From Oikopleura dioica (Eukaryota > Animalia > Chordata), in the NCBI GenBank assembly GCA_907165135.1, contig OU015567.1, positions 1,550,001-1,614,000 on the forward strand: 64,000 bases of DNA, read 5' to 3'. The notes under the pieces were generated by a model that was given only the letters and a program-made list of their open reading frames with translations, was not told where the DNA came from and ran no database searches. Made by a program: the position numbers and the translations under genes. The number at the start of each line of letters is the position of its first letter. Within the stretch, counting starts at the first letter, position 1. Positions 13,650 to 24,790 of this stretch are shown piece by piece.

Positions 13650-14632
13650 ATGGAGCAGTTTTTGAAGATCCTCAAAAGCCAAACAAAGAGAGTCAAAGGT
13701 ATTGAATATTTCTGTGATTCCGGCTTGATTTAAATTTATAACAAGATAAATCATATGGTCAAAATCAAGGTGAAGATTTCATTTAATTTTGTATTTAATT
13801 ATTTTTAGCCTAGTCGGTCTTTTTTTATCAAAAATCAACGAAGAGGCGAAAATTTAAAAAATAATTCTAGAGTCCGCGGAAGGAGTCACGCTCAGTGACT
13901 CCAAAGAAATCACAAAAGTCCACCAAAAGAACACCATTCAATCCGTCCCTAAAGGACTGAACTTGACGGTTCGGATCAAAAAATCAAGAGTCTTGGAGTC
14001 TTTCCAAAATTTTCTAAAGAAAAACTTATTCTTACATGCGATTATCTGATCCTTCAAAAACAGCTGACTCGAACAAAAACCCGCGAACGAAAGGAACGAC
14101 GCATTTTTGTCCCAAAGGAAAAAGCCCGAAATCCGTCTGTCGATGTAAGACTTCCAGAATTTTCCGTGTTAACATGTGGATAAGGATTTTTATAAGACCG
14201 TAGATTTGTACAAAACGAGAAAGATTCTTGCGAGCTCGACTATGAGGCTCCTGGGAGAGCAGATAAACGCGATTTTACTATATCTTGATAGGAATGGATT
14301 TTCGGATTTTTGAGAAGTGAAGACATGGAGGATAATTTTTTTTAACTTGAAAAAAACTTCAAAAAGCTGCTTCCCTTCTGGACATTTTTTGTCAAAACAG
14401 GCGCCAAGGGATTCCCAACGCCCTACTTGAAAATCCAATTTGCAGAGTCGAGCCCCAACTGTACTCTTCCTACTGGTTCAAAAAAGTACAAAACTCTCTT
14501 CTCAAGCCTTCAAACTCGACCCTGAAAGAAAGAACCAACACTCCGCTCGCCCAAATACAGTCAGAATTCGCAGCCGACGTAGCTGGATTAGACGAAGTCG
14601 AAAATGTCGAGGCAAAAATCAACAAGAGGTAT
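13650..14632 (+). CDS. Hypothetical multi-exon gene, possibly continuing after the MITE/LTR insertion (exon ~20790-20996)
   Basis: Exon-like segments MEQFLKILKSQTKRVK|gt and ...KERTNTPLAQIQSEFAADVAGLDEVENVEAKINK|gt; downstream ...LLNLECMLDLEAPMPYDADD...SFFDE*. No recognisable domain. Confidence 0.3.
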
Positions 14633-15429
14633 TTCAGCTGTCATGATAGTGAGCAAATTTTTGCTTATCACTAGGGGAAATCACTAATAATTGAGCTTTT
14701 TTTCTAGCTTAGTAGGGTGGGACTATTATACAGTTTTAGAATCCCCAGAAGCTGGGGATCATTTTGACTATTGATAGTCGGGGGTGATCTCGTACCCTGA
14801 GGGCATTTAGATACCTCCGAAGTCCCAAAATCTGGCCAACTTCGGAAATTGTAATTTTTGAAGCCCTAACTAAGCCTTTTAGAGGCTGCCCACTAGTCTA
14901 GATTGTAGCCCAGGCTCTTACGGTCATTTTGAGCTCAAGAAAAGTAGTGAGGGTGGGGTATCTGGGAGCTAGGAGCTCTTGAAGTTTGGGATCTCGACCA
15001 AAATTAGGTACTTTTTCACAAAAGTACACGATGTGTATCAAAAATGCCTCCCAAAGAATTTTTGAGGATGTTTCTTCATTAAAAAATGTGTCTGAAATCA
15101 TTTGAGGTCATCTGAGGTCATATCGGGTCACTTATCACAATTTTTCAATTTATCACAATTTTTGACCTCGAATGACCTCAGATGACCCCAAATGATTTCA
15201 GACACATTTTTTAATGAAGAAACATCCACAGAAAGTCTTTGGGAGGCATTTTTGATACACATCGTGTACTTTTTGTGAAAAAGTACCTAATTTTGGTCGA
15301 GATCCCAAGCTTCAAGAGCTCCTAGCTCCCCAGATACCCCACCCCCTCACTACTTTTCTTGAGCTCAAAATGACCGTAAGAGCCTGGGCTACAATCTAGA
15401 CTAGTGGGCAGCCTCTAAAAGGCTTAGTT

Positions 15430-15823
15430 TGTAGTGGTTTTCCTACTGTTTTCGCTTCGAAATATGGGATTCTAGCGCGCGTGGTCGACGTAATTATGCT
15501 CAGTGAGCCGTGACGCGCCCAACGCCAAGGCTTTCACTCCATCATACCTTGACAGCTCGCCCCTCTCTATTCCAGCGTTGGCGATATGGCCAACGCCGAG
15601 TTCATACGACCAAGTCTAAGTCCGTGCCACCGATGGGTGGTGTCCTACACTATAAAAACGACTGTACCTCTATAATTTTATCATTCTTTTCCCTGACTTC
15701 ACAGGTATAACATAAAATATAATATATATATTTTATTATTTTCTGCTCACACCTATCAGGGTTAATAAACTTATTCGAGATTGATTCCCGTGTTCCAATT
15801 ATATTCAGTATAAAACCACCATA
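15430..15823 (+). repeat. 5' LTR
   Basis: TGTAGTGG...CCACCATA; reads identical to 19911-20304; contains TATAAAA and AATAAA. Confidence 0.95.
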
Positions 15824-15828
15824 TATTT

Positions 15829-15846
15829 TGGTGACTGAATTAATCG
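15829..15846 (+). promoter_or_regulatory. Putative primer-binding site
   Basis: TGGTGACTGAATT 5 nt after the LTR; the first 7 nt match the tRNA-Trp-type PBS start TGGTGAC, the remainder does not. Confidence 0.55.
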
Positions 15847-17632
15847 GTACGCCCAACAAGAGAGATAAAAAAAAGATACAAGAGATAAAACATCCGTAAA
15901 TTTATCAATGACGATCCGTGAATACATACTTATTTATCATTTTTTATTCGATAAAACGGGCATTGTTTTGAATCCTTAGGCAATTTTACCCGATTTTCTC
16001 GATTAGTATGATAATAAGTTTTACTTCCGGAATAAAGTTGATATTTTTTTAATTCGAAAAACGGAATCTCATTGCTCTCAAATCCGAAAATCGAAAAAAA
16101 TCACCTCAACCGGAAATCAAACTGATGATCAAATCCCTGAAAACGACAACTTAAAATCAATGTGTTCTTCATGATAATTACCAATCAAATGATCGCTTAT
16201 CTCAGAAGAAATCATCAAGGTCGTCATGTTCCAAATCCTGAAAGAAGAAATTCAAAGTTCCTTGATTTTAATTATCATTCCGGGAAGACTTTAGATTCGA
16301 ATTCACATAGAAACTCATTCCAAAGAGGTGCCGAAATTCGTGTACGGTTCTGCTATGCAAATGAACCTCGGCCCATGGAACTGGTCAAACGGGAAATAAT
16401 ATTGCTCAATCTTCGAAATATTTCTCAGCGTGCTACAGAATGATCTATTCTCATTAACAGAATATAATAGGCGCTAATGATCAATCAAGAGTTTAAAGCT
16501 CAAAACATTCACAGCTCTGCTCGAAGCTCGAAAAATCGTCTTTATTGCATCTAATGATATAAAAAGAAGATATCAAAAATTATGAGACGAAGAATTAACC
16601 AAGAAATGATGAAGAAAAATGACGGACATTTCATCACAAGCGCAATACAAATTTGGTTTAAAACAATCTTGCTTAATGGACTCCGATATGCTGCTCATCA
16701 ATTTTGGTTGCAGTAGAACAAGCATCCGCTCAGATGTTCCCGCTCTTCTACTTGCACCTCTTATCAAGAACCGTCAAATGTGCCACAAAAGTGTGCAAAT
16801 TTCGACTCACTCATTGAGGCCACACTTCAATCTTCATCACCAAAGTAAAGCTGAACCTGCTCGTCGTTCAGAACCTCACATGTCCAATAATGTTAACAAT
16901 CCCTGCTCATCAGATGTAATCAGAACGGAAAAATTGAGACTCTGGTAGAAATTATTATCTTACGTATTAACGGAAAGATGATCTATGCTCCAAAAAAATG
17001 CCTTTCCAAATCTAAGATCTTTAGCTCTTTAAATAGGCAAATTAATAAGAGTTGATTTATAAGTGGATCAGAAAGAAGGCTATCTCAGCTCTAAGAAGCT
17101 CTTAGATAGAAACTGGACATACAAATTATGGCTACTGCTCGCAATGCCTGTCTACTCACGAGAAGTTTTTAACTCAAATATCACAAGCTATCTTTTCTCG
17201 TGATCAACTTGTTCTCCAATAATTGCACGTTGACGATTGAAAACGATACTTGCACATTGCTCACGCTAGAAATCATTAGCCAGTGCAACTGCTCAGAAGG
17301 TTTTTCGTCAATCATGGAAAGAGTCAGAACAATCACCTGCTCGTGTGATATACGCGTCTGATTACACCGCTCAAAGAACTTCGTCGCTCGCTCATAAGGA
17401 CAGAATATTCGCTCAATTACCCTTAGAAAAAGTCTTCATATATCAAGTCGATTATGCACAAACTGATTGCAATTAAATATCCATTCACGAAGAAAAATAT
17501 CGGCGTCATATCAGTCTGATTCGACCGCTCAAACGAAAGACTGCCTTAAGAACAGAATTTATCAAGGAAGATGACGTGGCCGAATCACAAGGGAAAGTCC
17601 TAAAAGACGAAGTTAAGAACAAGTCTAAAGTT

Positions 17633-17880
17633 AACTCTCATAAAGATCAACCGCTCCTTGTTGATAGAGATGAGATCATTCCTGCTCAGAAGAATGAAAA
17701 GTCAAAAATTAGCTCTCATAAAGATCAACTGCTCCTTGTTGATAGAGATGAGATCATTCCTGCTCAGAAGAATGAAAAGTCAAAAATTAGCTCTCATAAA
17801 GATCAATCGCTCCTTGTTGATAGAGATAAGATCATTCCTGCTCAGAAGAATGAAAAGATGTTAACGAGTCATAAAGATCA
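17633..17880 (+). repeat. 78-bp coding tandem repeat (about 3 copies) in a pol-tail-like remnant
   Basis: SHKDQxLLVDRDEIIPAQKNEKSKIS repeated; period 78 (17641 vs 17719); in frame with upstream KYRRHISLIRPLKRK. Confidence 0.9.
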
Positions 17881-19263
17881 TAAAGAGCCAAGTGATAGAG
17901 ATGACTCAGCTCACGACAACAATTGGAAAGATCGTCTCCGCTCATGACGATAGTGTTGTCCTGTGATTAGCTGCTCGACTAATCCTTATAATGGTCTAGA
18001 AGTTTCGCTCATAACTCGACCTGTTCACAGATAGCTGCTCGACTATCTCGCTCTCAAATCGTCACATTTTCACGACGTGGTGGTGCTCAGATATGCGTTC
18101 CCATTATCTAGCCACCGTTCACTCATATTTGGATTGCTCGCTCACTCTGTAGTCTAAAGACCTGCTCTCACGACATGCATGTCAAAGGTTTAATTGGTTC
18201 CTCACAACTTCGGCGGTTCAATGCACAACTGGAAATTGGCTCACTAGAATATTAACTCCCCCGATCAAGCTCAAATGGGAATCCAGCTTACTGGTAATGC
18301 TCAACCAGACCGTTATTACGAAGTTTACATGCAGGCCTCTGTGGATTTTTGTTCTCATGACCCAGCTAATGTACTTATTAATTGGCCACACGATAAGTAC
18401 CTCTTTTCTGAACTTTGGTCCAGCCTTCTGCAGATGTTTGGCAATGGGTGCAGTTGCCAAAATCACACACAGAAAGTCCATTTATGAATAATTAGGCATC
18501 TAACTCACAGGTTCCGCTCAAAGCTTTGCTCAATAGCTTTACATATTCTTAAGAATAGGGTTACTACTCTTTATCAATTCGTATTCACGCCCTGCTCGTA
18601 GGCCATATAAATCCCTATTACAATACTTTCACGAAGTTAACCTTGCTCAAGTAACCTATCGTTCTGTTCGCAGCAATTTTGCTCTATTGCTCTACTATTT
18701 TAATCACATGCCTAAAAGTTTATTGGAAGCAATATCGCTCACTTGCTTCAAAGTTTATCACAAGAGAGTATTTGTTATTCACATTTGCTTAAATATTCTA
18801 ATCACAAGCAAATTATTCACAATCTCACAGCTCTGTTCACAGCTTTATATCACTCATAATGTAACACTCTCTTCTTGTTGGAACTCGCTCTTAGTTCTAT
18901 ATATAGTCTGTTAAGTTCTACTAGATTACTGGTCCGATAACAGGTACAAATTAACGATCACCTGCTCGTGATGATCAAATGCTCAATAATTGGCGCTCAT
19001 TAACGATCTCCTGCTCGTGAAGATCATCCGCTCAAAAATAAAAAGGGGAAAGAAGTAAACAAAAAAATACCCATCACAATAGGCCCAATTCACGACTTTG
19101 ACTACTTATCACTGGTCACAAATGTTCACAAGAAAAGACATCGGAATGATCTCACAACGTCCGGAAGAAACACTCGATGGCGCATTCTAGCCTTAAAAAA
19201 AATGGTTCTGAACGGAGTACTGGTTGGTCCAATACTCATTTTTAAAAGAGAAAAAAATCAAAA

Positions 19264-19860
19264 ATGACCTCTCTTCAAAATGATTTCTTCGTGCTCAACG
19301 ACGCCCCTCCAAAGCGGCTCATTCAACGCTTTATCATTCCTGCTCTCTTTGATGTCACCATTCCAATCCACTTCTTACCGAACTCAATTTCAAAAGAAAA
19401 CTTGCAATCGCTGCTCGACTTTTTGCAAGAATTGAAAAACGAAGCTAAGTCCCTTAAAGATCACTTTCACTTTGATATCAACCACCTCCAGGAATTGCTT
19501 TTTGAAAATCATGACAGTTTGCTCAACTGGATAAGTGAGACAGCAATTCTCTATCAGCTTTTGGTCGATAAAAACACTCGCATCGAATTGATGAGACAAT
19601 TTCAAACAATCTATGAAAAACGATATTACACCTCAAGGATCGCTTTCAAATTTCTAGAAGCCGATTCAAAATCGTTTTCCGACCAGCTCGAATACGCGAG
19701 AACTCACATCAAAATTTTCACAAATGATCTTGCTCACAAATACTCGACTTACCGAATCAATCATGCAGAAACTTCACATTCGGAATCTCTACAAGTCGTA
19801 AACTCCATCCAGCACGACTCTCTACCAGAAAATGTTTTCGACTTCATCGAAAATCACTAA
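19264..19860 (+). CDS. Orphan 198-aa ORF at the 3' end of the LTR element
   Basis: Uninterrupted intronless ORF from ATG to TAA, ending ~30 bp before the PPT; no recognisable motif. Confidence 0.65.
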   Translation: MTSLQNDFFVLNDAPPKRLIQRFIIPALFDVTIPIHFLPNSISKENLQSLLDFLQELKNEAKSLKDHFHFDINHLQELLFENHDSLLNWISETAILYQLLVDKNTRIELMRQFQTIYEKRYYTSRIAFKFLEADSKSFSDQLEYARTHIKIFTNDLAHKYSTYRINHAETSHSESLQVVNSIQHDSLPENVFDFIENH

Positions 19861-19889
19861 ATTTCTACGCTCAACGGACGCTTCGCTTC

Positions 19890-19910
19890 AAAAATAAAAA
19901 GGGGAAAATA
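19890..19910 (+). promoter_or_regulatory. Polypurine tract
   Basis: AAAAATAAAAAGGGGAAAATA immediately before the 3' LTR. Confidence 0.85.
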
Positions 19911-20304
19911 TGTAGTGGTTTTCCTACTGTTTTCGCTTCGAAATATGGGATTCTAGCGCGCGTGGTCGACGTAATTATGCTCAGTGAGCCGTGACGCGCC
20001 CAACGCCAAGGCTTTCACTCCATCATACCTTGACAGCTCGCCCCTCTCTATTCCAGCGTTGGCGATATGGCCAACGCCGAGTTCATACGACCAAGTCTAA
20101 GTCCGTGCCACCGATGGGTGGTGTCCTACACTATAAAAACGACTGTACCTCTATAATTTTATCATTCTTTTCCCTGACTTCACAGGTATAACATAAAATA
20201 TAATATATATATTTTATTATTTTCTGCTCACACCTATCAGGGTTAATAAACTTATTCGAGATTGATTCCCGTGTTCCAATTATATTCAGTATAAAACCAC
20301 CATA
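19911..20304 (+). repeat. 3' LTR
   Basis: Direct repeat of 15430-15823, followed by TSD AGTT. Confidence 0.95.
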
Positions 20305-21719
20305 AGTTAGGGCTTCAAAAATTACAATTTCCGAAGTTGGCCAGATTTTGGGACTTCGGAGGTATCTAAATGCCCTCAGGGTACGAGATCACCCCCGACT
20401 ATCAATAGTCAAAATGATCCCCAGCTTCTGGGGATTCTAAAACTGTATTATAGTCCCACCCTACTAAGCTAGAAAAAAAGCTCAATTATTAGTGATTTCC
20501 CCTACTTATCACGAAGTTTCGATTGAACGGAAGTTGTGATGGTCGCGTTTTGTTTGCATAAAGGCACGGACTGGAATCTCTGCTTATTCTTTTGCTTTTG
20601 ATGTTGTTTCGAATGGGTGAAGTCTGTCTTGCAGTAATTTTAAATTTAGGGCGATTGAGATACAGTCGATTGTTCCAGACACTGTTCTTCATGATAAGCT
20701 ACAGTGGATTCGAGTCAGGTAATTATTTCTTATCAATAAAAATGAGCAAAAGAGAGCCTGAAATTTTTATTAATCTACTTTTTTTCAGTCTCCGACAAAG
20801 AATACTGAACACAAAAATGGCCCTGCTAAATCTTGAATGCATGCTGGATCTTGAAGCCCCGATGCCTTACGATGCTGACGATGTCAGTTTCGATCAGTCC
20901 CAACTGTCTTCCGAAGACTACACGATCTCTTTCGATATTCACTCCGAAGGAAAGCGTTCAAAAATCGACGTTGTCGACAGTTTTTTTGACGAATGATGAA
21001 ATAAAGAACGTCAAATACAGCTTTGATATCGTCGACAAGTGAGATGTGTATCGAATGATTGCGCTGCCAAACGCCGATCAAACTGATGATTGCTGAAATT
21101 TTGAAAACCATGCTCGTTCAAGAAAAGTACACCACTCCTAATAGCGCTTGTAAATAAAGATTAAAGTGACATGATTTGATAGTCGAAAATCAACAAGTTT
21201 GGCTGCAGAACATTGATTTCGTAAGCATACCAAGCTGTTCAAAGAAAACAGTTTTTAAACAAAACCAAGGGTAGATTTTTTGCATAAAAACCTGTCAATA
21301 AGCATCGACTACTGTAAAGAAAGCTTTAAAAAGTCCGAATACGTCCGGTTTTGTGGACTTTTTCTTTGATTTTTGGATTTCTCGGCGTTTATTTTCCGTT
21401 TGTGAACTGAGTTTTTTTCGGTTTTTGTCTTACAGTAGCAAAGATTCACAGTAAAAAAAGTCAGTCTGTTTGTAGTTTGTTCTATGTAAAGAATGATACA
21501 CGGTTGTTTGTATACATATTTAATATATAAAAAATTGTTCATACGAAATAGAAAAAACGATGCCGCCAATAATTGCGTCGAATGTTTCTTCATTTTTCAA
21601 TTTACAAAAAATAGCGGTTTCTTTGATAGCAAGAATTACGAACTTAAAGTTTCGGTTCAAGGAGTGTATGAATGTGTTTTAAGTAGCCTTTTTACCTTTC
21701 GGAAGGGGGATTTTGATTA

Positions 21720-22666
21720 ATTTTGGTCTTTTTGCGCGACTTTGCCTTTACTTTTGGGCGATCTTTGATCTCGTAGCTTGGCGAAAATTTCGGGTGCTTG
21801 AAAAGGTCCAAATCAGCGGTTTTGATTGGGATTTCGGCGTTGAGAGAGCTTTCGTAGCCGCGCAACTCGTCAATGCCGCAGCAGTCTATCAGTAAACTTC
21901 GATAGCCCTAAAAATTTCTGTTTAAAAAATTCTTCGGGTGATCCTTACTCTGATTTTATTGAACAAATCGTCGAGTTGTTCTCTGAAAAGGCGCCTGAGC
22001 TCCTGCCAGATCGTTATTTCCGGACGGCCGCGGTAGATTTCGATCATTTTCTTCAGACCAATGTCTATTTCTATCGTGCTTGTTTCTTCTTCTTCTTTGT
22101 AGACTAAAAGTGGAGCGCCTTCTTTGTACGCTAGCAGAGTTAAACACAAATCGTGCATGCCTAGAGAAGGGGAATTAGGCAGGAAGCGAAGGGACTACCT
22201 ACAGAATTCAACGGCTCGGCGAAACATGATGAGATTCGAAACGAAGAAATTCGTAGAAGGGAGGAGGATGCCGTCTTCGACTAAGCTCATTTGAAGCTTA
22301 AAATCGTTGTCGTTCTGCTTTTTCATTCGACGGATCTTTTACTAGGGCTAGACAAACTTTGCTTCTACGAGAAACCGAGAAAGCCGAGGCAGAAAGCCGC
22401 GCTGTCCCTGGAATCGAAGCCGCAAGCGGCTTCTGGATATGAGGGTGTTTTGAGAAAAATATGAGCCCGCTTTCCGGAATATTTGGTAGATTCTCGTGTT
22501 CATATCCATGAACGCTGGATATATGATCTATTACCAAAGGTATCGCTTCTTCAGCAGGTATTGTGTCGTGGATATGTCCGGGGATGTAGCGGCCCAGACT
22601 TTTGAGACAGTATCTCAAGTGTTCGGGATTTAGATTTGTGACATCATCTAAATCTTTTGCTTCCAT
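21720..22666 (-). CDS. Hypothetical multi-exon protein downstream of PUF60
   Basis: ORFs 22298-22666 and 21922-22158 plus an intermediate segment joined by plausible GT-AG introns; no recognisable domain; 3' end uncertain. Confidence 0.45.
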
Positions 22667-22872
22667 TTCGCTGAATGATAACGATTATTTTCAGAAGAAA
22701 AAGATGAAATAAGTTTTATTATTCTAAATTCAAATTTTGAATGAAATTAATACAGAATTACTACATCGGACAGTCTGTACAGTACAGTACACTTTGAAAA
22801 CAAAATTCAAGTGGGCAGTAGGGAGGTTATCAAAAATTCTAGCGTCAGTTTCTTGGGGGATTGTTTATTGAA

Positions 22873-24790
22873 TTATGCGGTGTAATCTTTCATTTCAAAA
22901 GCAGTTTCATCATAAGTCTGGGCGTTTATCTTTCTACCAGCAAAAAATCGACCGCCAAGTTCTTTTTTCGCCAATTCTGCGCCGTCGGGATCCGCGAATT
23001 GGACGAAAATTTTGACTATTGGTTCACAGCCTTTCAAAAGTTTGACTTTCTTTACTATTTTCCTAAATCTTTTACATACGAGTTACATAAAATGCCTTCA
23101 TCTAAAATCTGACCCTTTTCTTCTTAGTCACGTTAATTGGTATTAACTCCTTTACCTCTCTTTTATGTAGAAAACACTGTTTTTTGATATTTTCATGATG
23201 CCAAATTCTGAAATGATCGTTTTTAACGAATCCCAGGGTTGTACACAAAACTAAATCTAGAGACAATGCTCCAAAGTCAAACTCTTTCCTGGCGCAAATC
23301 TGTCAACTTCTTGATAGATCACCACTCTTTGAACACTGCCATATTGCGAGCATTCTTGCGTCACCTCGGATTCCACCTCTTCGTCGAGTTCGTCCGCCGT
23401 CAGCATATTCCTGAGGACGATGACATTCGATCGCCGCGTCATGAGCTTTCGCATGATCATGTTTCGTTGCGCTCCGCCGGCGATCTTCATTTGGCCGCTG
23501 TCGTCGTCGCAAGTTGGGTTTCGTGCTTTCTTGTTGAGCTAAAAACAGGGATTATATTCTGTTCTAGCATTTCTTGGATTATCGACTGCATGGGCCTTAA
23601 CAACCGAAGCTGCAAGCGGCTTCTCAATCAGAAAAATCTTAAAATTTATAAACCTCTTCTCTAATTGCAAGAACATCCGCCATCGAATCCTTCGGCGGGC
23701 TAGGTTCACCAGACTCTTTCTTCTTCTTTCTGAGCATTTCCTGCACAGCCTTAGCCCCACTGAGCGCGGTAGAAGCGTTTCCAGGAGCGACTGTGGGAAT
23801 ATTGTGCATAGAAGGAGGCACGACGCATGGGCCGACGCGAATGCACTGCCCTCCAAGATCGAATCCATTCATGGCGGAGATAGCTTCTTTCATAGATTGA
23901 GCGTTGTCGTACTCGACGAAGCCGTAGTGCTTGTGTCGCCCGGTATCGACATTTTTGACCAACTGACAGCTAAAAAAGAGAAATGAAGGCTTTGGGATCA
24001 AACTCGAAGTTACCTAAGAACGCGGCCAAAGGATTCAAAGACAGCCTTGATATCATCGTCGCAGATATTCGCGTGGATATTCGCGACGTAGACACGATGG
24101 TACTTCGCGGCTTCGTTTCCAAACTGAGCGATAAAGTGCTGCGCAGCGACTTGGCCAATGTTGCTCAAACGGCCGACCTAAACGGGAAAGGGAAATGAAG
24201 AAAGATAGACGGACAAGTTTACCTTGACCGCGCGCCCGCCAATAGTGATAGATTGCATGTGCTCCAGCGCGAGAAACGCAGCTTCTGGACATTCAAACTC
24301 GAGGAAGCAGAAGCCTTTGTGACGATTTGTTCCCTTTTCATGGCTGCTTACTTGTCCAAATTATATTATTAAGGACCTTGAAGGCCTTTCCTGATCATAG
24401 CTCATATCAATCGAGCGAACCGGTCCAAAAGTCTCGAAGCTCTGTCGAATCGTCGCTTCTCCGATTTCGTAGTAAATCGACCCGACGTAAATCTTGCACA
24501 TAATAGCCACAGCGCGCTGTCGCTGAAGCTGCTGTGCAGCCATCTTCGTGTTCTTTTCTTGCTGCTTTCGTTGCGCAAAACGCAGGGCGATGTCCATCGC
24601 GAACTTTCGCGCTCGTAGGACGTTTCGGTGCTCATCTGGAATAAAAATTAAGGAAGGGAAAGAATGGGGGGCTGATTTACCGCGGCTAATCTTCGAAATT
24701 GTGTCTGGGATCACATTGTCATAAGCAGCTCCTGGCCCAGAAAGCGGCTTACTCTGGTTTTTCACTAGAAACTCAGATACATTTCCCAGA
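22873..24790 (-). CDS. PUF60: Poly(U)-binding splicing factor 60 (half pint); start not resolved
   Basis: QRQRAVAIMCKIYVGSIYYEIGEATIRQSFETFGP (RRM1), HKGFCFLEFECPEAA, RRM2 HYGFVEYDN...GFDLGGQCIRVG, UHM SNVIVLRNM...IVKIFVQF...GGRFFAGRKINAQTYD; stop 22873-22875. Confidence 0.95.

Larger units (their letters stand above)
15430..20304 (+). mobile_element. LTR retroelement (Ty3/gypsy, Tor-like by inference), internally decayed and probably non-autonomous
   Basis: Two 394-bp direct repeats, 4-bp TSD AGTT (15426-15429 and 20305-20308), PBS-like TGGTGAC after the 5' LTR and PPT before the 3' LTR. No long gag/pol ORF in the interior. Confidence 0.95.
14672..20504. mobile_element. hAT-type foldback MITE (~950 bp without insert), right arm interrupted by an LTR element
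   Basis: Termini TAGGGGAAATCACTAATAATTGAGC...GCTCAATTATTAGTGATTTCCCCTA; 8-bp TSD CTTATCAC (14664-14671 and 20505-20512); near-perfect palindrome centred ~15145, with the right arm resuming at 20305. Confidence 0.93.

Noticed and set aside
15510-15710. Identical 66-aa ORFs at 15510 and 19991 as a duplicated gene
   Set aside because: They lie wholly within the two LTRs and have no coding features.
15824-19910. Autonomous retrotransposon with intact RT/integrase
   Set aside because: No long ORF, and no YxDD, protease D(S/T)G or DDE motif identifiable in any listed frame.
23239-23664. 141-aa plus-strand ORF
   Set aside because: Antisense to the PUF60 UHM exons; no independent support.
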